Shown here: piece by piece, positions 8,042 through 17,900 of the stretch
Numbering within the stretch: position 1 is the first letter of the stretch
How the letters are laid out: each line of letters opens with the position of its first letter
From: a virus
Lineage: Duplodnaviria; Caudoviricetes
Length of the DNA stretch: 64,000 bases
IMG/VR virus record: IMGVR_UViG_3300033067_001302
Coordinates: 18,596-82,595 of that record
Reading direction: 5' to 3' (one strand)
The notes under the pieces: model-generated
Databases searched by the model: none
What the model was told of the DNA's origin: nothing
What the model saw: the letters and a program-made list of their open reading frames with translations, nothing else
Made by a program: the position numbers and the translations under genes

Positions 8042-11000
8042 TCATCTCAACCTTGTTGGTGCACCTGTTGGTTGACCTGTTGGGGTGTTGTTTGCGTTTG
8101 CTTGAATATCGTTCAAGATCGTTTGGGCATTCTTGATCGTATCAATCAAGGAACGGTACTTGCCCCAGCCATCGTAAGGTGAGAACTTGGCATCGGTCGT
8201 AAAGACTCCTGCCTCGATCCTGTGGGAGATACCTGTGACGTAGTAGAAGTTGTCGATGGTTGTTCCGGTCTTGAAGTCAACAAAGAACTTCGTACCGTAC
8301 TCCAGGAGAGGGCAACCAAGGGAAGGAATGGAAAGATCACAAGGAATCACCTGGAGAGGAAGTCCTCCAGGAGATTCACCATTTGGTTCCAGGGGGTCTG
8401 AGTGAAAGGAACGAAGGAGGTTGACCGTGGAGAGCTGAGCGTTCTGTTGAGTTGAGAGAGCTGCGTTCTTCACAGCCGTGCCTTGTGCCCCAACAAGGAT
8501 GTAAGGCGAGGTCTTCATCATGAATTCCCGCAACTTTGCTGGTCCGCCGTTAATTCTGTAAATTGGCGGATTGGAGTTGGGGATTTGGGTAATCAACCCA
8601 GCGTTTTGAGCAGCTTGGATGATGGAGTTGGCTTCCATTGCATGGGATTGAGAAACCCCAGGATTGCCTCCTTGTTGGGTTGGGACAGGACGGATGGACC
8701 TGAGTTCATCCTCTCGGTTTGCTTCCAGGAGAGCTGCTTGTGTGTCGTAGGAGGTTGTGTGCTTGTCGAAGATGTGCACGCGAAGGATGGATACTCCAGA
8801 AGCGGTATCGGAGTTTGCGCCTTCTGGCAAAGCTCTTGCTGTCCTTGGGATGCACTCAATGAAGTAATCAAGTTGTGGAAGCTTGAAGCTTCCATCTGGA
8901 GTTCCATTTGGTCCGCTGAGGAGTTGCTCGATCCTGGTTTGGAGGGCAAGGGAATCCGTTGCCGTTGACTGAGCTTCTCCAGAACCAACAGCATTGTCAC
9001 TTGGGGTGGTCCACCATGGTCTTCCAGTTCCGCTTGGATTCCTCAGACCGTAAGATGGGGCTGCTGGGTCTTCAATGATTGTGGAAGAGACAAAACTGAG
9101 GAAGTCCTGGAGGGTCATATCTCCAGCACGGGAGATGTTCTCCATCCTGTATCTTGTGTACTCCCTCAGAAAGTACCTTGTATCCACCTGGAAATTGGCG
9201 ATATTCAGGGTTCTTGCGAATCCAGCATAGGAGTTGAATGGGTAAAAGATCAACTGAACGTCGTCGAACTTCCTGGAAAGAGCAAGTGGTTGTCCAACAA
9301 ATGCAAGGAAAAGAGAACCAAGGGTGACAGAAGGCCGTACTCCAAGCGTCCTGAGCTCTTGGTCTGCTTGATTGATCTCCCTTGCTACATCGCCCGAATA
9401 GGAGATATATCTGCGGCCCGCAGCACGCCCTTCCGGGTAGTTTGCGGTAGGGGTTGCTGAGAACGCCTCAACTCCACCCCTGGACAGCCTAGCGAGCTTC
9501 CTAGCGATGTTTGCTTGGATGGTGGAACGGAGCTGAGTTGTTTGGCCTCTTCGACCATCGGCACCATAAAGGTTATTCAAGGCCCCCAGGAGAGCTCTTG
9601 CGCTTGGGTTCTGTGTGTTCCTTAGAGCAGCTCGGAAGTTGGCAAGTTCAGTCCTGAGTTCTGGGGTCAAGAGGAGCTGGCCGTTGCTGTCGCTTGCTGC
9701 ATCCAAGACCTGAACACCCCTTACCTCGCGGGTGCCAATGGAATTGGACTGGAATACCCTCCTGCGAAGTTCCCCAACTTGTTCAGTAAGGTTCCTAACC
9801 TGACGGATGATGTCAGAAACGCCGGTCTCGTCAGAGGAAATGGTCTCAGTCCTGAAGTCATTCGCCCCTCTCATTGCAAGAGAAAGAGAAATGATGGCTT
9901 GCCCAGCTTCATCAAACTGCATGGAGGTGTTGATGATCCCGTATTTCTCTTTGCACCTCATTCCGTTGAGGAGATTAGCGTACATGTTGTTCGCCGATGG
10001 CGGATCGGGGTGACTCCAGCCGTATTCGATCAAGATTTCCGTATTTCCGTAAAGATCAGGACGAATGAAGTCTGCGACCTCAGCAAGACGCGACTTGTCA
10101 TGGAGAACAAAGTCCATTTTAGCTGTCTTGAAGCACATGAAGCCAGTCGTCGGGACAATCTCGACTGTCAAGCTCTTGAAGGTCATCATCGGCCTGAACT
10201 TGTCCTGAATTGGCACACTTCTTCTGTCGGAGCCGTGAGCGCTCTGGCTCTTGTCCTCGTCGGCATTCACAAATGTTTGCGGAGCTGTGAAGACCTCCAT
10301 CCCCACTGCCGTGTATTCCTGCTGCCTTCCAACGGAGTTTGTTCCCTTGACAACAGACGAGTCAAGCAGGATGCGGCGAGTTCCATTTGCAACCTCCGCT
10401 CCATCAATGAACTTGATCAACCCAGGAGCTTGAATCCTTCCATCAGCATCCGTTGGTGGACGGCTAAATTGGAAGACGACTTCCAGGAATGGAACACACC
10501 TGGAAATCTCAATGCTTGGCAGGGCATTCATGAAGATGGTAACCGCGTTCACATTCCTGTGAATTGGGAGAACCCGAACGTTGTTCACCATGATCGCAGA
10601 CAAGGAAGGGGAAATATCCCTGTTTGGGTGGGACCTGTCGGAGTTGATGGTTGTGGAGCCAAGAATGGCCTGAACGGAATCTTCTGGCCTATTTGTGGAG
10701 CCTTTGATCACACCGGAGCCCTCACCGGCAGCACGGTTTCCAGCACCATCCCCAGGGCCAAATACCACCTTGACCGACTTGTTCAATGACTCGATGACAT
10801 TTTGGATGTTCTGAGCTCCACCACCTTCCAAGAGCAAGCGGTTGATGTTGTCAACAATGTCCTGGCTCGTGTATCCACCGGTTGAGGTGTCAATCAGCAC
10901 CTCAATCATCTTGGTGATCCACTCTGGTGGCGGTGGAATTTCAAAGGAGGAATTAGTATCCTGCCCTTGGATCTGGGAGAGAGCAATAGAGCCCGCAAGA

Positions 11001-11095
11001 TCCCTTACCGTGTAAAGCCCGAAGTATTTCGAGAGCTTACGGATGGATTCCTGAAGTGGGATGGTTGTGGCTGGTTGATTTGCACCGGCTGGCAT
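8042..11095 (-). CDS. Large baseplate hub-like tail protein
   Basis: Position after the LysM-like gene; C-terminal GCPLLEYGTKFFVDFKTGTTIDNFYYVTGISHRIEAGVFTT resembles gp27/gpD-type hub ends. Start placed at MPAG (11095), just past the upstream stop. Confidence 0.55.
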   Translation of the reverse strand: MPAGANQPATTIPLQESIRKLSKYFGLYTVRDLAGSIALSQIQGQDTNSSFEIPPPPEWITKMIEVLIDTSTGGYTSQDIVDNINRLLLEGGGAQNIQNVIESLNKSVKVVFGPGDGAGNRAAGEGSGVIKGSTNRPEDSVQAILGSTTINSDRSHPNRDISPSLSAIMVNNVRVLPIHRNVNAVTIFMNALPSIEISRCVPFLEVVFQFSRPPTDADGRIQAPGLIKFIDGAEVANGTRRILLDSSVVKGTNSVGRQQEYTAVGMEVFTAPQTFVNADEDKSQSAHGSDRRSVPIQDKFRPMMTFKSLTVEIVPTTGFMCFKTAKMDFVLHDKSRLAEVADFIRPDLYGNTEILIEYGWSHPDPPSANNMYANLLNGMRCKEKYGIINTSMQFDEAGQAIISLSLAMRGANDFRTETISSDETGVSDIIRQVRNLTEQVGELRRRVFQSNSIGTREVRGVQVLDAASDSNGQLLLTPELRTELANFRAALRNTQNPSARALLGALNNLYGADGRRGQTTQLRSTIQANIARKLARLSRGGVEAFSATPTANYPEGRAAGRRYISYSGDVAREINQADQELRTLGVRPSVTLGSLFLAFVGQPLALSRKFDDVQLIFYPFNSYAGFARTLNIANFQVDTRYFLREYTRYRMENISRAGDMTLQDFLSFVSSTIIEDPAAPSYGLRNPSGTGRPWWTTPSDNAVGSGEAQSTATDSLALQTRIEQLLSGPNGTPDGSFKLPQLDYFIECIPRTARALPEGANSDTASGVSILRVHIFDKHTTSYDTQAALLEANREDELRSIRPVPTQQGGNPGVSQSHAMEANSIIQAAQNAGLITQIPNSNPPIYRINGGPAKLREFMMKTSPYILVGAQGTAVKNAALSTQQNAQLSTVNLLRSFHSDPLEPNGESPGGLPLQVIPCDLSIPSLGCPLLEYGTKFFVDFKTGTTIDNFYYVTGISHRIEAGVFTTDAKFSPYDGWGKYRSLIDTIKNAQTILNDIQANANNTPTGQPTGAPTRLR

Positions 11096-11097
11096 GG

Positions 11098-11385
11098 TTA
11101 TCCTACATAACGCGAAACGTCGGCAAGGTCGGGAATCTTGATGATGGTTCCAACAGGAACCTGAAGGGCCCACCCAATGTCAGAAGCCGCTGCAATTACC
11201 CACCAGAGTCTACCATCTCCGTAGTACATTCCAGCAAGAATATCCAAGCGGTTGCTCTCCTGGAGGGTGAGTTGCTGGAAGCGAATGTTCCCGGCTGCCA
11301 TGTTTTCTCGAATGACTGGAAGGGCAAAAGAGGTGCCATAGCGGTATCCAATGCCGATGGTCGGGGTTCTGCCGTAGCGCTTCAT
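11098..11385 (-). CDS. LysM-like baseplate wedge protein (gp53 / tail X-like)
   Basis: RLDILAGMYYGDGRLWWVIAAAS...VPVGTIIKIP. Confidence 0.75.
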   Translation of the reverse strand: MKRYGRTPTIGIGYRYGTSFALPVIRENMAAGNIRFQQLTLQESNRLDILAGMYYGDGRLWWVIAAASDIGWALQVPVGTIIKIPDLADVSRYVG

Positions 11386-14300
11386 CTATTATTTCCTACT
11401 CCACCACCACCCGCACCATTTCCAACACCGACACCGTTGGAGGAACGAGGGAAGGTAAGTTGTTGAGCTCTCTTCATGATGGTTTCTTCTCTGTCAACTT
11501 GATGCTTGTCTTCTGGCATTCCATTGACCCATGTCTTCATGCTGTTCCCGATGTTGTAGACCGGAGCTGTCATGAAGCCATCCGAATCGAGACCTGGGTT
11601 GATGTCGTGAATTGGTTCAAAGTCCATGGAGACTTTTACCATCATTGGAGCACGGGAATTGTGCCTTCCTGTTTCCCACCTTGAGTCGCTCCAATCCATG
11701 CGGAGGTTCTTGATGAATCCAGCCAATCCCTTGCCCTTGGTGCTCTCAAAAGCCTTGATAACAGAGTTTCCGTTATCTCCATTTGGGTTGAAGAAGTCGG
11801 AGACCACACCTTGGGTGTTGGTGTTGGTGTCAGGGAGATTCTCCTGGGATGATTGATTGTAGGCAATCCTTGTAATCTCTGTTGGATCTGGTCTGAGGTC
11901 ATACTGAGAACAGCCGAAAATACCATCTTGTCCCGCCGTTCCATTTGGCACGGAGAAGGTATAGAGCTTCAGGGATGGATCGCTTGTGGAGGTTGTTGAT
12001 CCGACAATTCGAACCTTGACTTCCTGGGAGATTACCAATGGAGCTCCTGCTGGAGATGCCTGCGGGCTTACAGTCCTACCACCGGCTGAATCCGAATTGG
12101 TGACCGAAACAAAGGCGTTGATGCCTGCACCAGCACGTCCTCCAGCACCCGTTCTCTGGACCTGTGAAGGCTGCCCAGGGGAACTGGTGAGGTTTCCAAG
12201 GCGAGGGTAGCCAAGGTTCCTGTTGCCCGCCCCTCGGCTTCTCTGCGTTGGCAATGGGGTAAGGATAGCATACTCCCCAACTTGGTATTCTCCTCTGCGA
12301 GACATGCGCTCGGTGACCTGTTCACGGTTGCGGAGAAGGGAAGCATTGTAGGTAATCGTGGTGTTTTGTCCCTGAATGGAGAATTGGTTCGAACCAACAC
12401 CAAAGAGACGTGCAGCACCAAAACGGGTGTAGTTGCTCTTCCAAACATCCCCGAGACGAAGGCGAACCAATGGAGAAGCTCCGGGAAGTTGGGAGAATGG
12501 CTGAATGAACTTGTTGTTCGTTGTGCCAACCTGCCTACCTTGGGTGTACTGCGGGTAGACCATCATGATCAACCTGTTCACCTTGTACCACATAGAGTCA
12601 AAGTCATCCTCGGATGTAGCAACCACACGGAACTCCAAAGAAATCCTCCTTTGGGTGTTCTTGTAGATCATAGCCTTTCCAATTCGACCATAACCGTCAA
12701 CGTCGGTGTACTCCGGCTCAAAGGAGTCGCTCATGCTTTCCATGAAGGCGTGGAAGGTAAGGATTTCATTCGTCCTTACATCGTGGAAATAGAACGGCAT
12801 GTAATCGGCTTCCAGGTACTCTTCAAGAAGCTTCACATCCTCCGCTGAGATTCTATTCCCGGTAACATCGCTTGGCCCCTTGACAATGCTCAGATTGTTC
12901 TTGGACAATGAAGCCCCAAGGGCCTCTGTTGGGTTCCTTGACTGGTCCGTTGATCCAAGGAAAGCTGCTTCTGCCCTGAAGATGCTGTTTGGAATGAGGT
13001 ACATCGACTTGGAGGTCTGAGAACCCCAAGCCAAGGCATTTCTGTAAGGTCCAGGAAGACGGTTGGCCGACTGAAGGGCTGCTGGGTTGAGAGCACCCTC
13101 TCCCCTTGGTCCAAGCTGTCCGTCAACAACGATCTTGTCCACGTCGGAGATGAACTCAATCACCTCGCCGTTCTCATCCAGAGCAAATCCTGCATCAGCG
13201 TGATTCATGGCAATATCGCCAATTGTGGCAAGAATATTGCAAAACTTCAGGAGAAGGGAGTTGTTCAGCTTTTGGATGAGCTCGATCGAGCCAAGTGGGT
13301 TTCCAAGGAGGGTAACATCGTTGACGTTCCTTGGCCTATCAGCTTCATTGGTATTCACCATTCCACCGGCTGCTGCCAAGAGGAAGTCTGTGGTGGAACG
13401 CACGATGGTGCGCATGATCGTGTTGTAGTAGCCGTGGTTCTTTGCGAGTTTTGAGGTGGCATTGGTTGCCGAGGAAAGACCAAAGAACACGTCAACGCCC
13501 TTGGATACACAAAGGAAGTAATCGTGTGAGGTCTGGGCAATCTGGATCTCAAACTCCGTATTCCGGTAAGCGTCAAGCTCCGATGCCTTTCCAAGAAAAG
13601 AACCGAGTCTCTTCCTGCGGTCTCCTCTCGAAGGATTTCCTCCAAGGTTCGATTCCACGGTTGGACGGCGTGCAGAAATGATTGCTGCTGCACTCTTGAT
13701 CAACCCACCAACAGTCAAAGCCAAGAGAGCAGCGGAGGCAACGGAAGCTGTGCTTGTGAGACCAGCAAATGGGGCAAGCCAGTTGTTCACGCTACCGTAG
13801 GACATTACAGGATCACGGATGATGTTGTCCTCCAAGGAAGGCTTCGTGAAGTCCGGGTTTACATCCTTCATGATCTTCGTTGGACTGATCCTGCTAATGT
13901 CGATCTTCTGCCCCATTCGAGCAAGACCTGGAGCTGTGGAAGCGCCTCTTGCTGCCAACTCTTGTGCAATGTTCTCTGGGTCCGTTGGAATGTAGTATTC
14001 CCCGGAAGCCTGGAGCATTGTGAGAACACCAATCTTCTTCAAATCCCTGAGCTTGACAAGGACAGCGGTGTCCCCGTGAGGAGTTGGGAACTTCTTTGGT
14101 CCGTACTTTCCAAACTCTTGCTGGGCGTACCCGATCCCCAGGTTGCTTTCCTCTTCCCTCACAGCACCAGCACCGCTGGAACCTGGAGTTTCCACGGACA
14201 AACCTTCATTCATTTCCAAACCGGAGCGCGGAATAAAGGTTTTGCCAAGCGTAAAGCGATTGTTCTGGAATTGTACTTCCCTGACACGCTTCACAAAGCT

Positions 14301-14777
14301 AGATTGCTCGCCTTGGTCGTTGACTTCCTTGAAAATGTCTGTGGCGCTTGGATCATTTGAAGAGCTCTTACCCTTCTTGATACGAAACTTGCCAGAACTG
14401 CTATCAGTATCCAAGAATCCGCTCTCGGAGAGCTTGTTGAACTCCACCTCAGCAGACTTCCCATCAGGACCAGTCTCATGGAGCCCCTTGGTGAAGTGTT
14501 CCTGTCCGTTAGCTCCTGGGTCTGTCAATGGAGCTGGATTGCCAAGGTCATCCTGGAGAGAAAACTTCCCTTGGGTTGTGCTCAAGGGGAATTGGTTGAC
14601 CGTTTCGTTGGTGACGTTTACGCCGTACTCGACCATTCGACGAAGAACATCTGGACGGATGTCGTCCTTGTCGATTTGAACGGTGTTGTTGGGACCGGTA
14701 TTCTCCAGGTAGGGAACAATTCTGTTCTCCTCCAAGGTTTGCATGAGGTCCCCAAGACGGCGTGAAGTTCTGGACAT
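11382..14777 (-). CDS. Large baseplate / tail-tube initiator protein (gp48/gp54-like domain)
   Basis: MPFYFHDVRTNEILTFHAFMESMSDSFEPEY...YGRIGKAMIYKNTQRRISLEFRV tube-like domain; lies between the tape measure and LysM genes. Confidence 0.55.
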   Translation of the reverse strand: MSRTSRRLGDLMQTLEENRIVPYLENTGPNNTVQIDKDDIRPDVLRRMVEYGVNVTNETVNQFPLSTTQGKFSLQDDLGNPAPLTDPGANGQEHFTKGLHETGPDGKSAEVEFNKLSESGFLDTDSSSGKFRIKKGKSSSNDPSATDIFKEVNDQGEQSSFVKRVREVQFQNNRFTLGKTFIPRSGLEMNEGLSVETPGSSGAGAVREEESNLGIGYAQQEFGKYGPKKFPTPHGDTAVLVKLRDLKKIGVLTMLQASGEYYIPTDPENIAQELAARGASTAPGLARMGQKIDISRISPTKIMKDVNPDFTKPSLEDNIIRDPVMSYGSVNNWLAPFAGLTSTASVASAALLALTVGGLIKSAAAIISARRPTVESNLGGNPSRGDRRKRLGSFLGKASELDAYRNTEFEIQIAQTSHDYFLCVSKGVDVFFGLSSATNATSKLAKNHGYYNTIMRTIVRSTTDFLLAAAGGMVNTNEADRPRNVNDVTLLGNPLGSIELIQKLNNSLLLKFCNILATIGDIAMNHADAGFALDENGEVIEFISDVDKIVVDGQLGPRGEGALNPAALQSANRLPGPYRNALAWGSQTSKSMYLIPNSIFRAEAAFLGSTDQSRNPTEALGASLSKNNLSIVKGPSDVTGNRISAEDVKLLEEYLEADYMPFYFHDVRTNEILTFHAFMESMSDSFEPEYTDVDGYGRIGKAMIYKNTQRRISLEFRVVATSEDDFDSMWYKVNRLIMMVYPQYTQGRQVGTTNNKFIQPFSQLPGASPLVRLRLGDVWKSNYTRFGAARLFGVGSNQFSIQGQNTTITYNASLLRNREQVTERMSRRGEYQVGEYAILTPLPTQRSRGAGNRNLGYPRLGNLTSSPGQPSQVQRTGAGGRAGAGINAFVSVTNSDSAGGRTVSPQASPAGAPLVISQEVKVRIVGSTTSTSDPSLKLYTFSVPNGTAGQDGIFGCSQYDLRPDPTEITRIAYNQSSQENLPDTNTNTQGVVSDFFNPNGDNGNSVIKAFESTKGKGLAGFIKNLRMDWSDSRWETGRHNSRAPMMVKVSMDFEPIHDINPGLDSDGFMTAPVYNIGNSMKTWVNGMPEDKHQVDREETIMKRAQQLTFPRSSNGVGVGNGAGGGGVGNNR

Positions 14778-14785
14778 GCCAGTAA

Positions 14786-14944
14786 CTATTCGCTCTTGGG
14801 TTTTTGCATATTCACAGCGGTTTCAATCGGTTTGAGAACCTTTTCCGTGAATTCCTTCTGAAGATTTGCCAAGCCCTCCAAAACCCTTGCTCTCTCGTCC
14901 TCTGGAATCATCGCAAGGAGCTCTTGAAACTCCTTGGATTCCAT
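14786..14944 (-). CDS. Small hypothetical protein (52 aa, below the ORF-track cutoff)
   Basis: Manual translation MESKEFQELLAMIPEDERARVLEGLANLQKEFTEKVLKPIETAVNMQKPKSE; fills the gap after the tape measure gene. Confidence 0.6.
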   Translation of the reverse strand: MESKEFQELLAMIPEDERARVLEGLANLQKEFTEKVLKPIETAVNMQKPKSE

Positions 14945-14964
14945 GATATTACTATCTGCCATGG

Positions 14965-17900
14965 TTACCTCTCAAGCGAGCCGTGGTTGATGCGTGTTGG
15001 GTGAGGACCCACACGACGAAGCATTCCAAGTTCAAGTGCATCAAGACCGTTATTGTCCAACTTGATCGTGACGTTGACGTTAACCGTGAAGTTTCGGTTC
15101 TGGATTGTGTACTCACCCTGGGAACCAAGGCCAATCGAGTCCCCCAGGTGTTGCAGGCTTTGTTCGATCTCAATTGGCCTGATTCCACGGATAGTCGCCG
15201 AGAGCTGGTTCACATGAGCAACCATATCGGTGACAACTGTGGCAATTCGAGCAAACTGAACCCGCTCAATTTGATTAGCAACGTTGGAGGTCACTGTAGC
15301 GATGTTCTCCACCCTGGAAAGGGATTGGATCATTTGCGGAATCTGGCTAAGCGTGTTGAACACAGCTCGCATTGAATCCAACTTGGCTGAGAATGCTGCT
15401 GGATTGCCAATAACAGCGCCAACAGATTTAAGCTGTGGGACGATTGTCTGAAGAATTGAAATCAAACCCTTGCTACCTTCTCCTCCAGTCAAGGTGAGCA
15501 AGAGAAGGTTCATCGTATGGGTGATATCTCTCAAGGTTGTCATCTGCCCAACGCCCTGATCGCCCGCCGAGCCCTTGAACGACTGGATGAATCTTGGGAT
15601 CTCAGAAACAACTTGGAACAAGCTCTGCATTGCCTGCATTCCCCTTGTAAGACTGGAGGCTTCCTTTACGGAGATTCCAGCGAAAGCAGCGCGCATGTTC
15701 GTCACAAGAACAGGGAGGTCATCCTTCACTCTGGAGAAGAAGGTATTAACCAAGTTCGTCATCTGGAAGATGGTTCCGGCATCGGCAGGAGTTGTTCTTG
15801 CAGCCAACCCAGTATCACCCCCACCTTGTCCTCGTGCAAGTCCGGCAATAATGGACCCAATCGACCCAATAACAGTAAAGATTGGACCGATTGCTGGTGC
15901 AATTGCCTGCAAAGCTTTCACTTGCTCTGGATTCAGGCTTTCAACACTCGATGCGACTGACTTGAGCAGGTCGCCAATCTTCACAAAAAGATCGCTGCCA
16001 GTAATCGTTCGCATTGTATCACGGATAAACGCGCTCATGTGCTGCACTACACCGTGAAATTGAGCTCCTCGATTCATCTCAGCCAAGAGGGAAGCACTTG
16101 GACGCAAAGCCTGTGCCATATCTCCAACCCCTGCCAGGATGCTTGGAATTACCTGAGCGGCCTTTGCCTGTGCTTCGGTAAAGCCACTTGGGAGGTTTGT
16201 GGTCACCGTAGCAACCACCGTCCTCACGAACTGGCTGAGCTTGTTACCAACCTCGCTAACGTAGTCAGTCATCAAACTAATGCGACGAGCAACACTGTCT
16301 CCTTCCAAACCTTGCAGGAAGCTAGGCTCGTTAATGGCTTCAGAAGGTGGTTTCAGGGCATTTGCCAAGCCGGAAACACCGGAAAGAAGGTCTCCGATGA
16401 TCTGGGCAGACTTCACCTGCTGCTCGCTACCTGTCAAACCCTGGACGTTCGTCCTGATGGCGTCGACAATTCGAACAATCTGGCCACCCAGGGCGTTAAT
16501 CAAGTTCTCGACTTGCTTGAGATTTTCCTTTTGCTGAGCCGCTCCTGTCCCACGGATGAAGTCAATGAAGCTCGGGGTTGTAGCCGATACCATCTGAGCA
16601 ACATTGGCTGCAAACTGTCCAACGCCCTTCATTACCTCGACGAAGATTTTAGCTTTATCAGCAAATCCTGGTCCTGGACGGAAATTGTCAATTGCTCTCA
16701 TGATCGCCATTCCCTGGACGGTCATCACAGCAATGCTTGCAGCAATTGTTGCCATACCAGCAGCGATTACCAATGCTCCAACACCACCACCGGCTGTTGC
16801 AGCCAAACCAACAACTCCAGCAATTGCCACCACAGCGGAGGCTGCAAGGAAGAAGGTTCCCATGGCTCCCATTACCAAGACGCTCTTGGTAATCTTGGAG
16901 GTCTCGATGTTGCCAAAGAGCTTGATCAACCCAACCGTTGCATAGGCCATTGCAGCCCCCACAACGCCGATCATTGCCACGCCAATAGCGATCTTACCAA
17001 CCATGCCAGCGTTCAGGTTGATGGCACTGAGAAGCTTCACAGCCCCGGCAATTGCCAACATCGAGGTGGCTGTGGTGATCATCGCACCGGCTGCTGCTGC
17101 AATGGATTGGGTGGTCAGTCTGTTCTCCTGCATTGCCTTAGCGAAGCGGAAGATAGCATACATGATTCCGGCCATACCGACGGTGATGAAGAGGGTGATT
17201 GCAGCCATCTTCACCAAGGCAGCACCCCAATTTACCTTTGAGGTTGAGGCTGCCGTTGCAGCTTGCTCTGCACCCTTGATTACGCCTGCGGCTGCTCCAC
17301 CGGCACCAGCTCCACCGGCTGGTGGAATTGGAAGCTTGGACATTGCCTGGGAAGCTGCACTGACCTGGGTTGCGAACATTCCCTTGACAGAGTTGAAAGC
17401 CTTTGAAATGCCGCCGCTCTGAGCCCAATTCATGAGTCCTGTAGCGAAGGCTCCAGCAATGCTCGTGGAGATAGCTCTTCCGGCCATTCCAACAAATGCC
17501 GGAGCCGCAAGAGCCCCAATCACCTTCATGAAGTTCTCCTTCACCCAGGGTTCAACTTTGACCCAGAGGGCAGAGAACATCTCCTTGGTTGCTTTCCAGA
17601 GTCCCGGACCTGCTTCCTTGATCGCATCGACGATTGGACCAAGGAGTTGAGCAACAAAGCTCTGGGCTCCACTTGCAGCACCACCGGCTCCACCAAGTCC
17701 CTTGCGTCCAGTGATAATGTCGGTTACCTCTCGCAGCCCCTTGGTAAGGGTTGTCATGGCGATCTTGAGCATTCCACCAGCAATGTTGGAGAGGGCGACG
17801 AAGAACTTCTTGAATCCATCGAGGATACGTTGGCTGTTCGGCGAGTTGTTGCCAAACCAGCTAAAAAAGTCGTCCTTGAGATGCTCCAGGAGCTTTGGGA